The notes: generated from the letters alone by a model not told the origin. A DNA stretch of 64,000 bases from an uncultured Thermoleophilia bacterium (GCA_963708505.1 CAVPST010000002.1:149287-213286); one strand, 5' to 3'. Positions 30,874 through 40,252 are shown, counted from the stretch's first letter. A program made the numbers and translations.

Positions 30874-32504
30874 TCCGCGCAGTCTTCGCTCTCGCGCGCG
30901 CGCCTCGCGGACGTCTTGCCCTCGCGACCGCGCTGGCTTCGGCCACGATTCTCGCGGGCGTGGGGCTGATGTCGTTCGCCGGCTATCTGATCTCGCGCGC
31001 CGCCGAGCAGCCGTCCGTGCTGTCGCTGACGGTTGCGATCGTGGGCGTCCGTTTCTTCGGACTTGCGCGCCCGATCGCCCGGTACTTCGAACGGCTCGCG
31101 TCCCACGATCTCGCCTTTCGGGCGCTGGGGCGGGCTCGCGTCCGGGTCTACGAGCGGGTCGAGCCGCTGGCGCCGGCGGAGCTGGGCGGGTACCGCCGCG
31201 GCGATCTTCTCTCTCGCGTCGTCGCCGACGTGGACGCCCTGCAGTACCTCCATCTGCGGGGGCTCGTGCCCGCACTGGCCGCCGTGGTCGCGGGCGCGGT
31301 CGCCACCGCGGTCACGGCCGCGCTCCTGCCGTGGGCCGCCGTCGTGCTGGCCGTCGGGCTTCTCTGCGGCGGAGTCGGCGTCCCGGCTGTCGCGGGGGCG
31401 CTCGGACGCCGGGCGGCGCGGGAGGAAGCCGAGTCCCGCGGCGAGCTGACCGCCGAGCTCGTCGAGCTGCTCTCGGGAGCCGACGAGCTCGCTGTGTACG
31501 GGCGCGGAACCGAGGCGGTGGCACGGGTGCGGGAGGCCGACCGCGCGCTGACCCGGCTCGCGGCGCGCGCCGCCTTCGCAGATGGGGTCGCCGACGGTCT
31601 GCGACTGCTCGTCACGGGTGCGACCGCTGTCGGTGTGCTCGCGGTTGCCGTCGCCGCCCACGCGGACGGTCGCCTGAACCGCGTGCTGATCGCCACGCTC
31701 ACGTTGCTCGCGTTGGCGGCGTTCGAGGCGGTCCAGCCGCTCGCACAGGCTGCGCGCGAGCTCGTCGCGAGCCTCGCGGCAGGTCGCCGTCTCGTCGAGC
31801 TCACCGACCGAGAGCCCGCGGTCAAGGATCCCGAGCTGCCCGCCGAGCTCTCACCGGGAGACGTCGCCGTCGCCCTCGAGAATGTGTCGGCGCGTTACGC
31901 GTCCGACGAACCGCTCGCTCTCGACGGCCTGACGCTCAGCCTCGAACCGGGGCAGAGGATCGCCCTCATCGGGCCGAGCGGCGTCGGGAAGTCGACGGTC
32001 ACGAATCTCCTGCTGCGCTTTCTCGATCCCGAAGCCGGTCGGGTGACGATCGGGGGACACGATCTCCGCGAGCTTCGCCAGGAGGATGTCCGTCGCGTCG
32101 TGGCGGTCGCCGGACAGGAGTCACATCTGTTCTCGACGTCGATTCGCGAGAACATTCGGCTCGCGCGACCTGGCGCGAGCGACGCCGAGATCGAAGAGGC
32201 GTTACGCCGGGCACGCATCCTGGACTGGGTCAGGAGCCTCCCGGACGGGCTCGACACCCTCGTCGGCGAGCAGGGGCGGGCGCTCTCGGGCGGTCAGCGG
32301 GGACGGCTCGTCGTCGCGCGTGCGCTCCTCGCCGCTGCTCCGGTGCTGGTACTCGACGAGCCGACCGCGCATCTCGACACGGCCAACGCGACGTCGCTGA
32401 TCGACGACATCCTCGACACCGCGGGTGCGGCCTCGGTGCTGCTGATCACCCACCGGCTCGAGCGGCTCGAGCGGATGGATGACGTGATCGTGTTGTCCGC
32501 GTGA
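30870..32504 (+). CDS. cydC: Thiol reductant ABC exporter subunit CydC
   Basis: Walker A is GPSGVGKST and the signature motif is LSGGQRGRLVVARA. GTG 30870 gives a GTGA overlap with the cydD stop. The ORF-track start is 30840. Confidence 0.88.
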   Translation: MIRAVFALARAPRGRLALATALASATILAGVGLMSFAGYLISRAAEQPSVLSLTVAIVGVRFFGLARPIARYFERLASHDLAFRALGRARVRVYERVEPLAPAELGGYRRGDLLSRVVADVDALQYLHLRGLVPALAAVVAGAVATAVTAALLPWAAVVLAVGLLCGGVGVPAVAGALGRRAAREEAESRGELTAELVELLSGADELAVYGRGTEAVARVREADRALTRLAARAAFADGVADGLRLLVTGATAVGVLAVAVAAHADGRLNRVLIATLTLLALAAFEAVQPLAQAARELVASLAAGRRLVELTDREPAVKDPELPAELSPGDVAVALENVSARYASDEPLALDGLTLSLEPGQRIALIGPSGVGKSTVTNLLLRFLDPEAGRVTIGGHDLRELRQEDVRRVVAVAGQESHLFSTSIRENIRLARPGASDAEIEEALRRARILDWVRSLPDGLDTLVGEQGRALSGGQRGRLVVARALLAAAPVLVLDEPTAHLDTANATSLIDDILDTAGAASVLLITHRLERLERMDDVIVLSA

Positions 32505-32560
32505 ACCGGTCCACGTTCACCCCTCGACGTCCCTCGGTCGACGTGCGCTAGCTTCGCCCG

Positions 32561-33717
32561 ATGGAGGCCGGTTTGCGCTCTGCAGACGTCATCGTCATCG
32601 GAGCCGGGGTGATCGGCCTGGCGATTGCGCAGCAGCTGCTCGAAGGCGGGCTCGGCGTCCGGGTCGTCGACCGCGCGGGAATCGGGGCGGGCGCCTCTGG
32701 AGTGCAGCCCGGCGGCGTGAGGCGGCAGTTTGCGACCGCCGCGAACTGCGAGCTCGCCCAGGAGTCGTATGACTTCTACCTGGAGATGTCCGCGCGCCTC
32801 GGCACGCGCGTGCAGCCGCGCTTCACCGCTTGCGGCTACGCGTTCGTGGCGCACTCCGAAGAACGCCTCGCCGAGTTGGCGGCTGCGGTCGCCGTGCAGC
32901 AGCGGTACGGCATCCCGTCCGAGGTGCTGAGCCCGGCCGAGACGGCGGCGGTCGTGCCCGAGCTCGATGCAGAGCGGATCAGCGGGGCCGCCTGGTGTGC
33001 CGAGGACGGCTACTTCGATCGCGCGCAGGCACCTGTCGAAGCGTTCGCCGAGGCTGCCCTCGCCGGCGGAGCCGAGCTCGTTGCTCGGGCAGGTCGACGC
33101 ACTCGATGTCGACGGCAGAGGCTGGCGCCTCCGCCTGAGAGGAGGCTCCCACCTCCGTGCGGAGCGCGTCGTCGTCGCAGCGGGCCACGCGACCGCCGCT
33201 CTGCTCGCGACGGTCGGCGTTGGGGTTCCGATCGTCGCGGAACCTCGGTACCTGTTCTACTCCCGACCTGTGCAGGCGCGGATCCTCGAGCCGCTCGTGA
33301 TCGCATCCGAGCTCGGGATTCGCCGCGAAGCAACTCGCAGACGGCCGAGTCCTTGCGAGCGATCTTGGCGCCCAGGGAAGCGCGGCCGACAACGCGGAGC
33401 GCTGGCGAACGACGATCCGGGCGGGAGTCGAGTCGTTGCTGCCTCGGCTTCAGGCCGTTGCGTTCTCGGACCTCGTGCCGGGCGTCTACGACGTCACGCC
33501 GGACCACGATCCGATCCTCGGCCCGGTCGCAGAAGCACCCGGCCTCTGGCTCGCGGCGGGCTTCAGCGGCCACGGCTTCATGCTCGCGCCCGCGGTCGGT
33601 CGACTCGTCGCCGAGGGCGTCCTCGATCCGAGCAGCGGCGGGCCGCTGCTCGAGTCGTTCTCGCCGGCGCGTTTCGCCGGCTCCGCGCAGCGCCAGGTCG
33701 AGACGCAGGTGATCTGA
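32561..33717 (+). pseudogene. FAD-dependent oxidoreductase (DAO / sarcosine-oxidase-beta-like), with two frame breaks as sequenced
   Basis: It starts with ADVIVIGAGVIGLAIA in the 32561 frame. It continues as GQVDALDVDGRGWRLRLRGGSHLRAERVVVAAGHATAALL in the 32967 frame. It ends as FAAKQLADGRVLASD...TPDHDPILGPVAEAPGLWLAAGFSGHGFMLAPAVG in the 33436 frame. The breaks lie near 33085 and 33315. Confidence 0.75.
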
Positions 33718-33777
33718 TCCACGAACAGGAGAACCGACGATGCCGAGCACGACTCGCGACGAGCTTCCATCGCTGAC

Positions 33778-34098
33778 ATGAGCGCCGACGTCACCGAGCT
33801 CTACGACCTGCGGGTGACGGTCGAGCGGATCGAGGGCCGCTCGGTCTGCGGACTCGCAGTGGGCGACTACTTCGAGCTGACCGAATCGAGCCGCCTGCGG
33901 ATCCCCGAGGGCCGTCACTTCTGCGTCTTCGCACTCCAGGCGGTGCTGCCGCTCCTGCCTGCGAAGCAGCGCGATCTGCCCGCCGGCGACTGGCTCGAGC
34001 AGGACACGCTCGTTTGCTGCCCGGACCCGGACGAACGTGTGGTGATGCGCATCGAGCGCATCGGCCGTCGATCGATGGCGACCGCCGAGCTCACGTGA
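33778..34098 (+). CDS. TIGR04076-family small protein
   Basis: 106-aa ORF with the pattern RVTVERIEGRSVCGLAVGDYFEL...IPEGRHFCVFALQAVLPLL...LVCCPDPDERVVMRIERI, which fits my recollection of TIGR04076. Confidence 0.6.
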   Translation: MSADVTELYDLRVTVERIEGRSVCGLAVGDYFELTESSRLRIPEGRHFCVFALQAVLPLLPAKQRDLPAGDWLEQDTLVCCPDPDERVVMRIERIGRRSMATAELT

Positions 34099-35064
34099 CC
34101 GAGCTCGGCCTCGGATTGCAGACCGACAAGCGGCCGGGCAGCTACGCACCGCTGGCCCGCCTGGCCGAAGACGGAGGCTTCGACGTCGTCACCGCCTTCA
34201 ACGACCTCTGGTATCAGCCGGCACTGCCCGCGCTGCTCGAGATCGCCGCAGCCACCGAACGCGTGCGCGTCGGGCCGTCGTGCCTGAACCCCTACACGGT
34301 GCACCCCGTCGAGCTGGCCGGGCAGGTCGCAGCGCTCGACCTCGCCTCGGGCGGTCGAGCGTTCCTGGGGCTCGCCGCCGGCGCCTGGCTGGACGAGGCC
34401 GGCGTCGGGCAGCCGAGGCCCCGGCAGACGATCGCGGAGGCCTGGGAGATCGTGGAGCGCCTTCTTGCGGGCGACCGCTCGGGCTTCTCGGGCCGGGTCT
34501 TCTCGCTGGCTCCGGGCGCGCAGCTCGCCTACCCGCCGCATCGCGCGCGGGTTCCGCTGCTCGTCGGCACGTGGTCGCCGCAGCTGACGGCGTTCGCATC
34601 GGAGCACGCGGACGAGTTGAAGCTCGGCGGCAGCGCCAATCCCGCGCTCGTGCGGTTGACCCGCGAGCGGCTCGGGCCCGCGGCGCGCACCGGCGTCGTC
34701 GCCGGGGCGGTCACCGTCGTCGACACGGATGGTGCGCGGGCGCGGGCATGGGCGCGACGGCAGGTCGCGCCGTACGTTGCGGTGGTCGGCTCGCTCGATC
34801 CCACCTTCGAGGTGGAGGCCGACCTCGTCGATCGCATCAAGGCGCTGCTCGGTCAGCGACGATGTCGACGGCGCGGCGGCTCTGCTCCCGGACGATCTCC
34901 TCGACCGCTTTGCCTTCTCCGGCACTCCGGCGCAGATCGCGGCCCAGGCGGAGGCGCTCTTCGACGCGGGAGCGAAACGGGTCGAGTTCGGCACACCGCA
35001 CGGGATCGACGAACGCGCGGGAGTCGAGCTGCTCGTGCGCGAAGTCGTTCCGCGGCTCCGCTGA
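34095..35064 (+). CDS. LLM-class (luciferase-like, probably F420-dependent) oxidoreductase, with a frame break near 34858
   Basis: GTG 34095 gives a GTGA overlap with the previous stop. It reads LGLGLQTDKRPGSYAPLARLAEDGGFDVVTAFNDLWYQPALPALLEIA...VGTWSPQLTAF, then switches to the 34729-35064 frame with DDVDGAAALLPDDLLDRFAFSGTPAQIAAQAEALFDAGAKRVEFG. Confidence 0.8.
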
Positions 35065-35100
35065 CGCGGCGGAGCCCCGGCCAGACGTCGTTAGGGTGTC

Positions 35101-36351
35101 GTGATGTCCGTCGATTCGCGCAGGGTCGTCGTCACCGGTCTCGGGCTGGTGAGCCCGATCGGCAACACCGTGCAGGAGTCGTGGGACGCGTTGCTGGCGG
35201 GGAGCTGCGGCGCCGCCGACGTCACCCGTTTCGACGCGAGCGGTCATTCGACGCGCTTCGCGTGCGAGGTCAAAGGACTCGAGGTTGGCGACTACGTCGA
35301 CCGCAAGACTGCGCGCCGGATGGATCGGTGCGCGCATCTCGTCGTCGCTGCCGCGCGGCAGGCGGAGCAGGATTCGGGTCTGGACGTGGCCAGCCGAACG
35401 GAGCGCGTCGGTGTCGCAGTGGCCAGTGCCTTCGGCGGCGTCCAATCGTTCGAGGACTGCGTTCTCCAACTCGCCGAAAAGGGCGCCGACCGGGTCGGCC
35501 CGTTCTCGATCGTGCAGACGCTTCCGAACCTGCCGGCCGGCTGGGTCTCGATCGAGCTCGGGACGCGCGGCCCCCTCCTCGCCGAATCCACTGCCTGCGC
35601 TGCGTCGAACATGGCGATCGGCGATGCCAGGGACGCGATCCGCCTCGGCCGCGCCGACGTGATGTTCTGCGGCGGGACCGAGGCGCCGGTCACGTCGGTT
35701 GCGATGGCCGGTTTCGGGGCGATGCGCGCGCTCTCGACGCGGAACAGCGAGCCTGCCCGCGCGTCCCGGCCCTTCGATGCCCGGCGGGATGGGTTCGTGA
35801 TGGCGGAAGGCGCCGCCGTGCTCGTGCTGGAGGAGTTGCAACACGCGACCGGTCGCGGTGCGCGGATCTATGCCGAGGTCGTCGGCTACGGCACTTCCTC
35901 CGACGCCAACCACGTCTCCGACATCGATCCGACCGGCGAGAACCCGGCCCGCGCGCTGAGGATGGCATTCGCGGAGGCGGGCGTCGAGGCGGAGGAGATC
36001 GGCTACGTCAACGCCCACGGCACCTCGACGCCGCTCGGCGACGCCGGGGAAACGCGGGTCCTCAAGCGGGCCCTCGGCGAAGAGAAGGCCAGACGGACGC
36101 CGATCTCGTCGACGAAAGGGGCAACGGGACACACCCTCGGAGCCGCCGGGGCAGTCGAGGCGATCTTCACGGTGCTCGCGCTCGAACACGGCGTGCTGCC
36201 GCCGACCGTCAACTACGAGGTCGAGGATCCCGAATGCGATCTCGACTACATCGCAAACACCCCTCGCCGCGAACAGGTCGAGGTCGCAGTGTCGAACTCG
36301 TTCGGGTTCGGAGGACACAACACCGCCGTCGTCTTCCGCCGCTGGGCATAG
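35101..36351 (+). CDS. fabF: Beta-ketoacyl-ACP synthase II
   Basis: It has VVVTGLGLVSPIGN, active-site STACAASNMAIG, NAHGTSTPLGD and GHTLGAAG motifs. Confidence 0.9.
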   Translation: MMSVDSRRVVVTGLGLVSPIGNTVQESWDALLAGSCGAADVTRFDASGHSTRFACEVKGLEVGDYVDRKTARRMDRCAHLVVAAARQAEQDSGLDVASRTERVGVAVASAFGGVQSFEDCVLQLAEKGADRVGPFSIVQTLPNLPAGWVSIELGTRGPLLAESTACAASNMAIGDARDAIRLGRADVMFCGGTEAPVTSVAMAGFGAMRALSTRNSEPARASRPFDARRDGFVMAEGAAVLVLEELQHATGRGARIYAEVVGYGTSSDANHVSDIDPTGENPARALRMAFAEAGVEAEEIGYVNAHGTSTPLGDAGETRVLKRALGEEKARRTPISSTKGATGHTLGAAGAVEAIFTVLALEHGVLPPTVNYEVEDPECDLDYIANTPRREQVEVAVSNSFGFGGHNTAVVFRRWA

Positions 36352-36407
36352 GTCGTCACTGCGCATAAACTGCGCTTCTGGACGCCGTAGCGCTACGTGT
36401 CGGCACT

Positions 36408-36842
36408 TTGGTCTTTCTCGGCGCGTTCGCCGTGGATCTGCTCAGCAAGCAGTGGGCGGTCTCGCACGCGAGTGGGCTGATCTTCAACAGCAGTCCGAGT
36501 GAATTCCCACGGCGCCTGCTGATGTCGCTCGTTGCGATCACGGTCGGGTTCGTCCTGGCCCGGGCTGCGGCGCTACGCGGTCTCGGCCGGCAGTGGGGAG
36601 TGTGGATCGGGTGTGCCTTGCTCGTCGCGGGGATTCTCGCGAACGGCATCTCGCCGTTCCTCTGGGCACAGGGTGTCCCCGACTTCATCGACGTCTCGGG
36701 TGGCTGGGTCTGGAACGTTGCCGACTTCGAGATCGCCGTCGGGCTTGCCGGTGGGATCCTCTCGGTCGCATTCAGTGCGGTTGTCGTCTACGCGCGCGAG
36801 CAGGTGGGAGGGCCTAGGAGTTCCACTCGCGATCTCCCCTGA
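36408..36842 (+). CDS. Signal peptidase II (LspA)-like membrane protein; divergent, with the first catalytic Asp apparently replaced
   Basis: VDLLSKQW matches the LspA D-x-x-T-K box, and FNSSPSEF matches N-S-G-A-A-F. GVPDFIDVSGGWVWNVADFEI matches VVDF...FNVAD. Where LspA has GN-x-x-DR, this protein reads ANGISP. The N-terminus is short and uses a TTG start. Confidence 0.5.
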   Translation: MVFLGAFAVDLLSKQWAVSHASGLIFNSSPSEFPRRLLMSLVAITVGFVLARAAALRGLGRQWGVWIGCALLVAGILANGISPFLWAQGVPDFIDVSGGWVWNVADFEIAVGLAGGILSVAFSAVVVYAREQVGGPRSSTRDLP

Positions 36843-36857
36843 CAGGAAGGAGCACCC

Positions 36858-37325
36858 ATGGCCACGATCCACCTCCACGACACGACCACCGCGACGCCGG
36901 AGCAGTTCGTCGCCGGCCTCACCGACTTCGGCCCGGGCCGCTCCGAGCTCTTTGGCAACAGCGCCGACAACTACCTCGAGGTGCATGAACAGGGCGCCGG
37001 TCACGCCGACGTCACGGAGGGCTCGGGCGGCATCTGGGAACGCCTGCACTACGACTGGACCGATCCCAACCACGTCGTCCTCACGACCACCGACTCGAAC
37101 GTGTGGGGAGGCGCGTCGGGCCACACCTACACCTTCGCGCCGAGGCCCGACGGGACGACCGACGTGGACGTCGTCGTGGTCCGCGAGGGCAAGAACATCA
37201 AGGGGCGGGCGTTCGGGATCGTGGTCGCGATCGTCGGCAAGCGCGTCCTGGGCAAGGCGCTCGGAAACACCATCAAGGCGATCGAAGCCCGGAACGACGG
37301 CGCACGCGCTGCGGACGCCAAGTAG
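36858..37325 (+). CDS. SRPBCC (START/polyketide-cyclase-like) family protein
   Basis: 155-aa ORF preceded by GGAAGGAG. Its overall pattern, ATPEQFVAGLTDFGPGRSELF...VVLTTTDSNVWGG, is typical of actinobacterial SRPBCC proteins. Confidence 0.6.
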   Translation: MATIHLHDTTTATPEQFVAGLTDFGPGRSELFGNSADNYLEVHEQGAGHADVTEGSGGIWERLHYDWTDPNHVVLTTTDSNVWGGASGHTYTFAPRPDGTTDVDVVVVREGKNIKGRAFGIVVAIVGKRVLGKALGNTIKAIEARNDGARAADAK

Positions 37326-37410
37326 ACGTCATGTGGCTTCGATGATCCGCGGCGCGCGTACGCGTTAGGGTCTCGCATGGCTCCCGGTGCAACACCGACG
37401 GAGGTAGATC

Positions 37411-37797
37411 GTGGCTGAGCGGCTACAGGTCGGCGGAACGACGGTCAAGCTCCGCAACCCGTTTCTCGTGTTCGTCTGGGCGATCGTGACGCTCGGGATC
37501 TACTACATCGTCTGGTACTACAAGGTGAACCGCGAGCTCCGCGATGCGTGCGGCATCGACGTGAGCCCGTTCGTCGCGCTCGTCGCGATCACCATCGGCT
37601 GGATCATCATCGTTCCGCCGTTCGTCTCCTGGTACCGAACCTTCAAGCGTGTCGCGACTGCGCAAGGCAACGCGGGCGTCCAGGGCGAGGTGAACCCGAT
37701 CCTCGGCTTCATCCTCTACGTGGTCGGGGTCTTCTTCCTGCCCGTCGAGGTGATCTACGCCCAGGACGAGCTGAACAAGCTCTGGAGAGCTCGTTAG
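37411..37797 (+). CDS. DUF4234 domain-containing membrane protein
   Basis: It has the motif NPFLVFVWAIVTLGIYYIVWYYKVNRELRD and a second TM pair. Confidence 0.7.
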   Translation: MAERLQVGGTTVKLRNPFLVFVWAIVTLGIYYIVWYYKVNRELRDACGIDVSPFVALVAITIGWIIIVPPFVSWYRTFKRVATAQGNAGVQGEVNPILGFILYVVGVFFLPVEVIYAQDELNKLWRAR

Positions 37798-38033
37798 CCT
37801 GAGAGTCGAAGCCTCCGGATAACTGGCCGGACGAGGCGCAGCCGTCAGACGGTCCGTCAAACCCCTCCCCAAGCGGGCCATGCAGCCCAGTCCGGCCACC
37901 GTCAAGTGTGGCGGTCCCGCAAGCCGCGAATGTAAAGCCTTGACGTGCGTGCTGGACGTTCAGGGACTTGCAATGTCGTCTGTGGAACGCTCCCGACGTT
38001 GCTCGCCCCCGCCCGTGAGGCGAGCCAACGGAC

Positions 38034-38067
38034 GGACGCCCGCGAGAATGCCTGCCCGCGGGCGTCC
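38034..38067 (+). other. Perfect 11-bp stem-loop in a 323-bp intergenic gap
   Basis: GGACGCCCGCG (38034-38044) pairs with CGCGGGCGTCC (38057-38067) around a 12-nt loop, followed by TGTCGTTC. A second 7-bp hairpin, GCTCGCC/GGCGAGC, lies at 38001-38025. Confidence 0.45.
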
Positions 38068-38120
38068 TGTCGTTCAACGTCGGTTGCCGGGCTACCGGTG
38101 ACGGTCGGAGCGGGCGTCGG

Positions 38121-38789
38121 GTGTTGAGTCGGCCGCGTTGGATGGCGCTCTGTTTTGCGCTTGGGTCGGCGTGCTTCCTCATCGGCCCGTTCCCCGGCTA
38201 CGCGCAGCTGGTCGGCGACTCGGCTGACGCCGTCACGTTCTTCATCGGCTCGATCCTCTTCACAGCCGGCGGAGCGCTTCAGAGCTGGCTGGCCTGGTTC
38301 GAACGACGTTCCTCCGGTGGCGGCCCCGCAGGGTGGTGGGCGGCCGTCATCCAATCCGCGGGAACGCTGTTCTTCAACGTCACGACGTACCAGGCGATGC
38401 ACACCGCCCTGACGAGCTCCGAGTACAACAAACTCGTCTGGCGCCCGGATTGGCGCGGGTCCATCTGCTTCCTGGTCTCGGGTGCGATCGCCTACGCCGC
38501 GTCGGCGCGGCACGGATGGTTGCCTGTGCGCGGCGGCGCGGGATGGTGGCAGACCGCGGTCAACCTGGCCGGCTGCATCTTCTTCGGAATCTCGGCTGTC
38601 GCCGGCTACGTCGTTCCGTCGACCGGGTCGATGCTCGACCAGGCGGCGGCCAACTGGAACACCTCGCTCGGGGCAGCGTGCTTCCTGGCCTGTGCGCTCG
38701 ACACGTTGCATACCGACAGGGCCTCGAAGATGCCGCTCCGTCACCGGCTCCGTGAGTTGGAGCACGAGCTCGAGGCAGAGGTCCGGTAG
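38121..38789 (+). CDS. Integral membrane protein (about 6 TM; possibly YrhK-like repeats)
   Basis: 222-aa ORF with repeated hydrophobic modules: CFALGSACFLIGPFPGY, TFFIGSILFTAGGALQ, ICFLVSGAIAYAAS and CIFFGISAVAGYVV. Confidence 0.55.
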   Translation: MLSRPRWMALCFALGSACFLIGPFPGYAQLVGDSADAVTFFIGSILFTAGGALQSWLAWFERRSSGGGPAGWWAAVIQSAGTLFFNVTTYQAMHTALTSSEYNKLVWRPDWRGSICFLVSGAIAYAASARHGWLPVRGGAGWWQTAVNLAGCIFFGISAVAGYVVPSTGSMLDQAAANWNTSLGAACFLACALDTLHTDRASKMPLRHRLRELEHELEAEVR

Positions 38790-38945
38790 GCGCGGCCGCG
38801 ATGCATCTTGGATTCCGCGGAATCATCAAGGCGTCGTACTCGCCGACGCCGTCGTCCGGTTGGAGAGCCATCGATGCCGTCGACGTCTCGGCGATCCGCT
38901 GGTTCCGGGCCAAGGAGGTCTCCTCGCGGTAGTCGGTAAGTGGAG

Positions 38946-39842
38946 CTAGCGCATGACGCTCACCACTGTGTAGGGCGTATCCGGCGTGGGCGGCGTCGTG
39001 AACCGTGCGTTCACGGCGTAGAGGCGGTTGCCGTGCCGGGCAATCGTCGTCGGCACGTCGAAGTGCGGGCTCTTGATCGTGCGGACGATCGTTCCGGTGG
39101 CGAGGTCGGGGGACAGCTTGATCACCGCGATCTGGTTGTTCTGGTTCTGGACGACGTAGAGCGTGCGTCCCTGAAGCAGGATGCCGTCGCCGTTGACGAC
39201 CGACGCCCCGTGGAGGTCGATCGTGTGCGTCACGCCGGCGGTGGGGGAGATGGTGAAGACCTTGCCGTTCGCTGTCTGGACGGCGAGCAGCGTCTTCCCG
39301 TTGGGCGTCGACGCGATCCCATTCAGGTTGAAGCCGCTGACGAGCTGGAAGTCGCCGGTGAGTGAGATCGTCTGCGCTGCGCCGAGATTCGTCGGAACGC
39401 GGTAGATGACGGGGCGATTGGAGTCGGTGAAGTAAGCGCCGTTCTTGGTAACCGTAACGTCGTTGATGAACGTCGGGCCGCTTCCGGTGGCAAGCTGGTA
39501 CTCCTTGAGGAGCGCGCCGGTCTTGATGTTGTAGACCCATGCCTTGCCGGTTCCAGCGCCGGAGACGTACAGGCGCCCGTCGGTCGCCTTCAGGCCGGTC
39601 GCGGCGTGGCCCGCGGCGCCCTGGATGAACACGGCGCCCTTGCCGGTGCGGATGTCCCCGCGGTAGATCGCGCCCGTCGGGATCGAGCCGACGTAGAACG
39701 TGTTGCCCTGTGCGATCGCGATGCCCTCGGGCTGGAAGCCGTTCGGCAGCGGGATCACCTCGGGGAACGAGTCCTTCGCCACGGCGACAGACGCGCCGAG
39801 CGCGAGCAACGCGACCGTGAGTGCGAGCAGCTTGCCTCTCAT
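38946..39842 (-). CDS. Secreted SMP-30/gluconolactonase/LRE-like beta-propeller protein
   Basis: The start at MRGKLLALTVALLALGASVAVA (ATG 39840-39842) follows GGAGGG. The mature part is repetitive and propeller-like: GIAIAQGNTFYVGS, LYVSGAGTGKAWVY, AYFTDSNRPVIYRV, LYVVQNQNNQIAVI. The upstream part of ORF 38946-40196 is non-coding. Confidence 0.68.
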   Translation of the reverse strand: MRGKLLALTVALLALGASVAVAKDSFPEVIPLPNGFQPEGIAIAQGNTFYVGSIPTGAIYRGDIRTGKGAVFIQGAAGHAATGLKATDGRLYVSGAGTGKAWVYNIKTGALLKEYQLATGSGPTFINDVTVTKNGAYFTDSNRPVIYRVPTNLGAAQTISLTGDFQLVSGFNLNGIASTPNGKTLLAVQTANGKVFTISPTAGVTHTIDLHGASVVNGDGILLQGRTLYVVQNQNNQIAVIKLSPDLATGTIVRTIKSPHFDVPTTIARHGNRLYAVNARFTTPPTPDTPYTVVSVMR

Positions 39843-39983
39843 CGTTCCCTCCTCTGGACGTTTGGCTCTGCATACCCGTTTACCGCCGCCCGGGAACGGC
39901 GGATCGGTCAGCCGGAGGTGGGGGCCGCCCCGTCCGAGCGGGGGGTTCCCCCGTTCGCACGTTCGGAGTAAGGTTTCCCTTAC

Positions 39984-40202
39984 ATGACGGTGATGGCGCC
40001 CGAGACGGTCGTGCTCCGCGGCTTCAGCCCGCGTGAACTGCGCGAACGCGCCCGGTGCCGGTTCGACGAGCGCTTCGGCCAAGGCTGCTGGCGCCTGTGC
40101 GACGAGGAGACCCGGCCGTGCCTGGTCTCGATCGGCGGCCGGGTGCGGATGTACGAGTGCTGGTTCGAGGCCGTTCAGGCCGTCGACGCGACTCACGGGT
40201 AG
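39984..40202 (+). CDS. Small hypothetical protein (72 aa, six Cys)
   Basis: The ORF MTVMAPETVVLRGFSPRELRERARCRFDERFGQGCWRLCDEETRPCLVSIGGRVRMYECWFEAV... has almost all third codon positions as G or C, like the real genes here. A strong hairpin follows. No family is recognised. Confidence 0.5.
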   Translation: MTVMAPETVVLRGFSPRELRERARCRFDERFGQGCWRLCDEETRPCLVSIGGRVRMYECWFEAVQAVDATHG

Positions 40203-40220
40203 CTCGCACGACTCGAGAAA

Positions 40221-40252
40221 CGCGAAGGACCGCCGCGAGGCGGCCCTTCGCG
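40221..40252. terminator. Hairpin between convergent genes; a candidate bidirectional terminator
   Basis: CGCGAAGGACCGCC (40221-40234) pairs with GGCGGCCCTTCGCG (40239-40252). The stem is 14 bp with one mismatch and a GCGA loop. It lies between the stops at 40202 (+) and 40267 (-). Confidence 0.5.

Noticed and set aside
28993-31275. Long antisense or off-frame ORFs with Arg/Pro/Ala/Gly-rich products. Examples are 28993-31275(-), 4397-6334(-), 41183-43342(-), 553-2076(+), 4441-6540(+) and 60309-60950(+).
   Set aside because: They have low-complexity RPAG-rich composition and no motifs. Each lies opposite or out of frame to a gene with clear family signatures. These are the typical shadow ORFs of high-GC genomes.
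38790-38945. Possible gene remnant between the convergent membrane-protein and propeller genes. The minus-strand frame reads ...AETSTASMALQPDDGVGEYDALMIPRNPR.
   Set aside because: It is too short, has no start or recognisable motif, and is part of a longer off-frame ORF (38560-39873) that overlaps a real gene. The evidence is insufficient.
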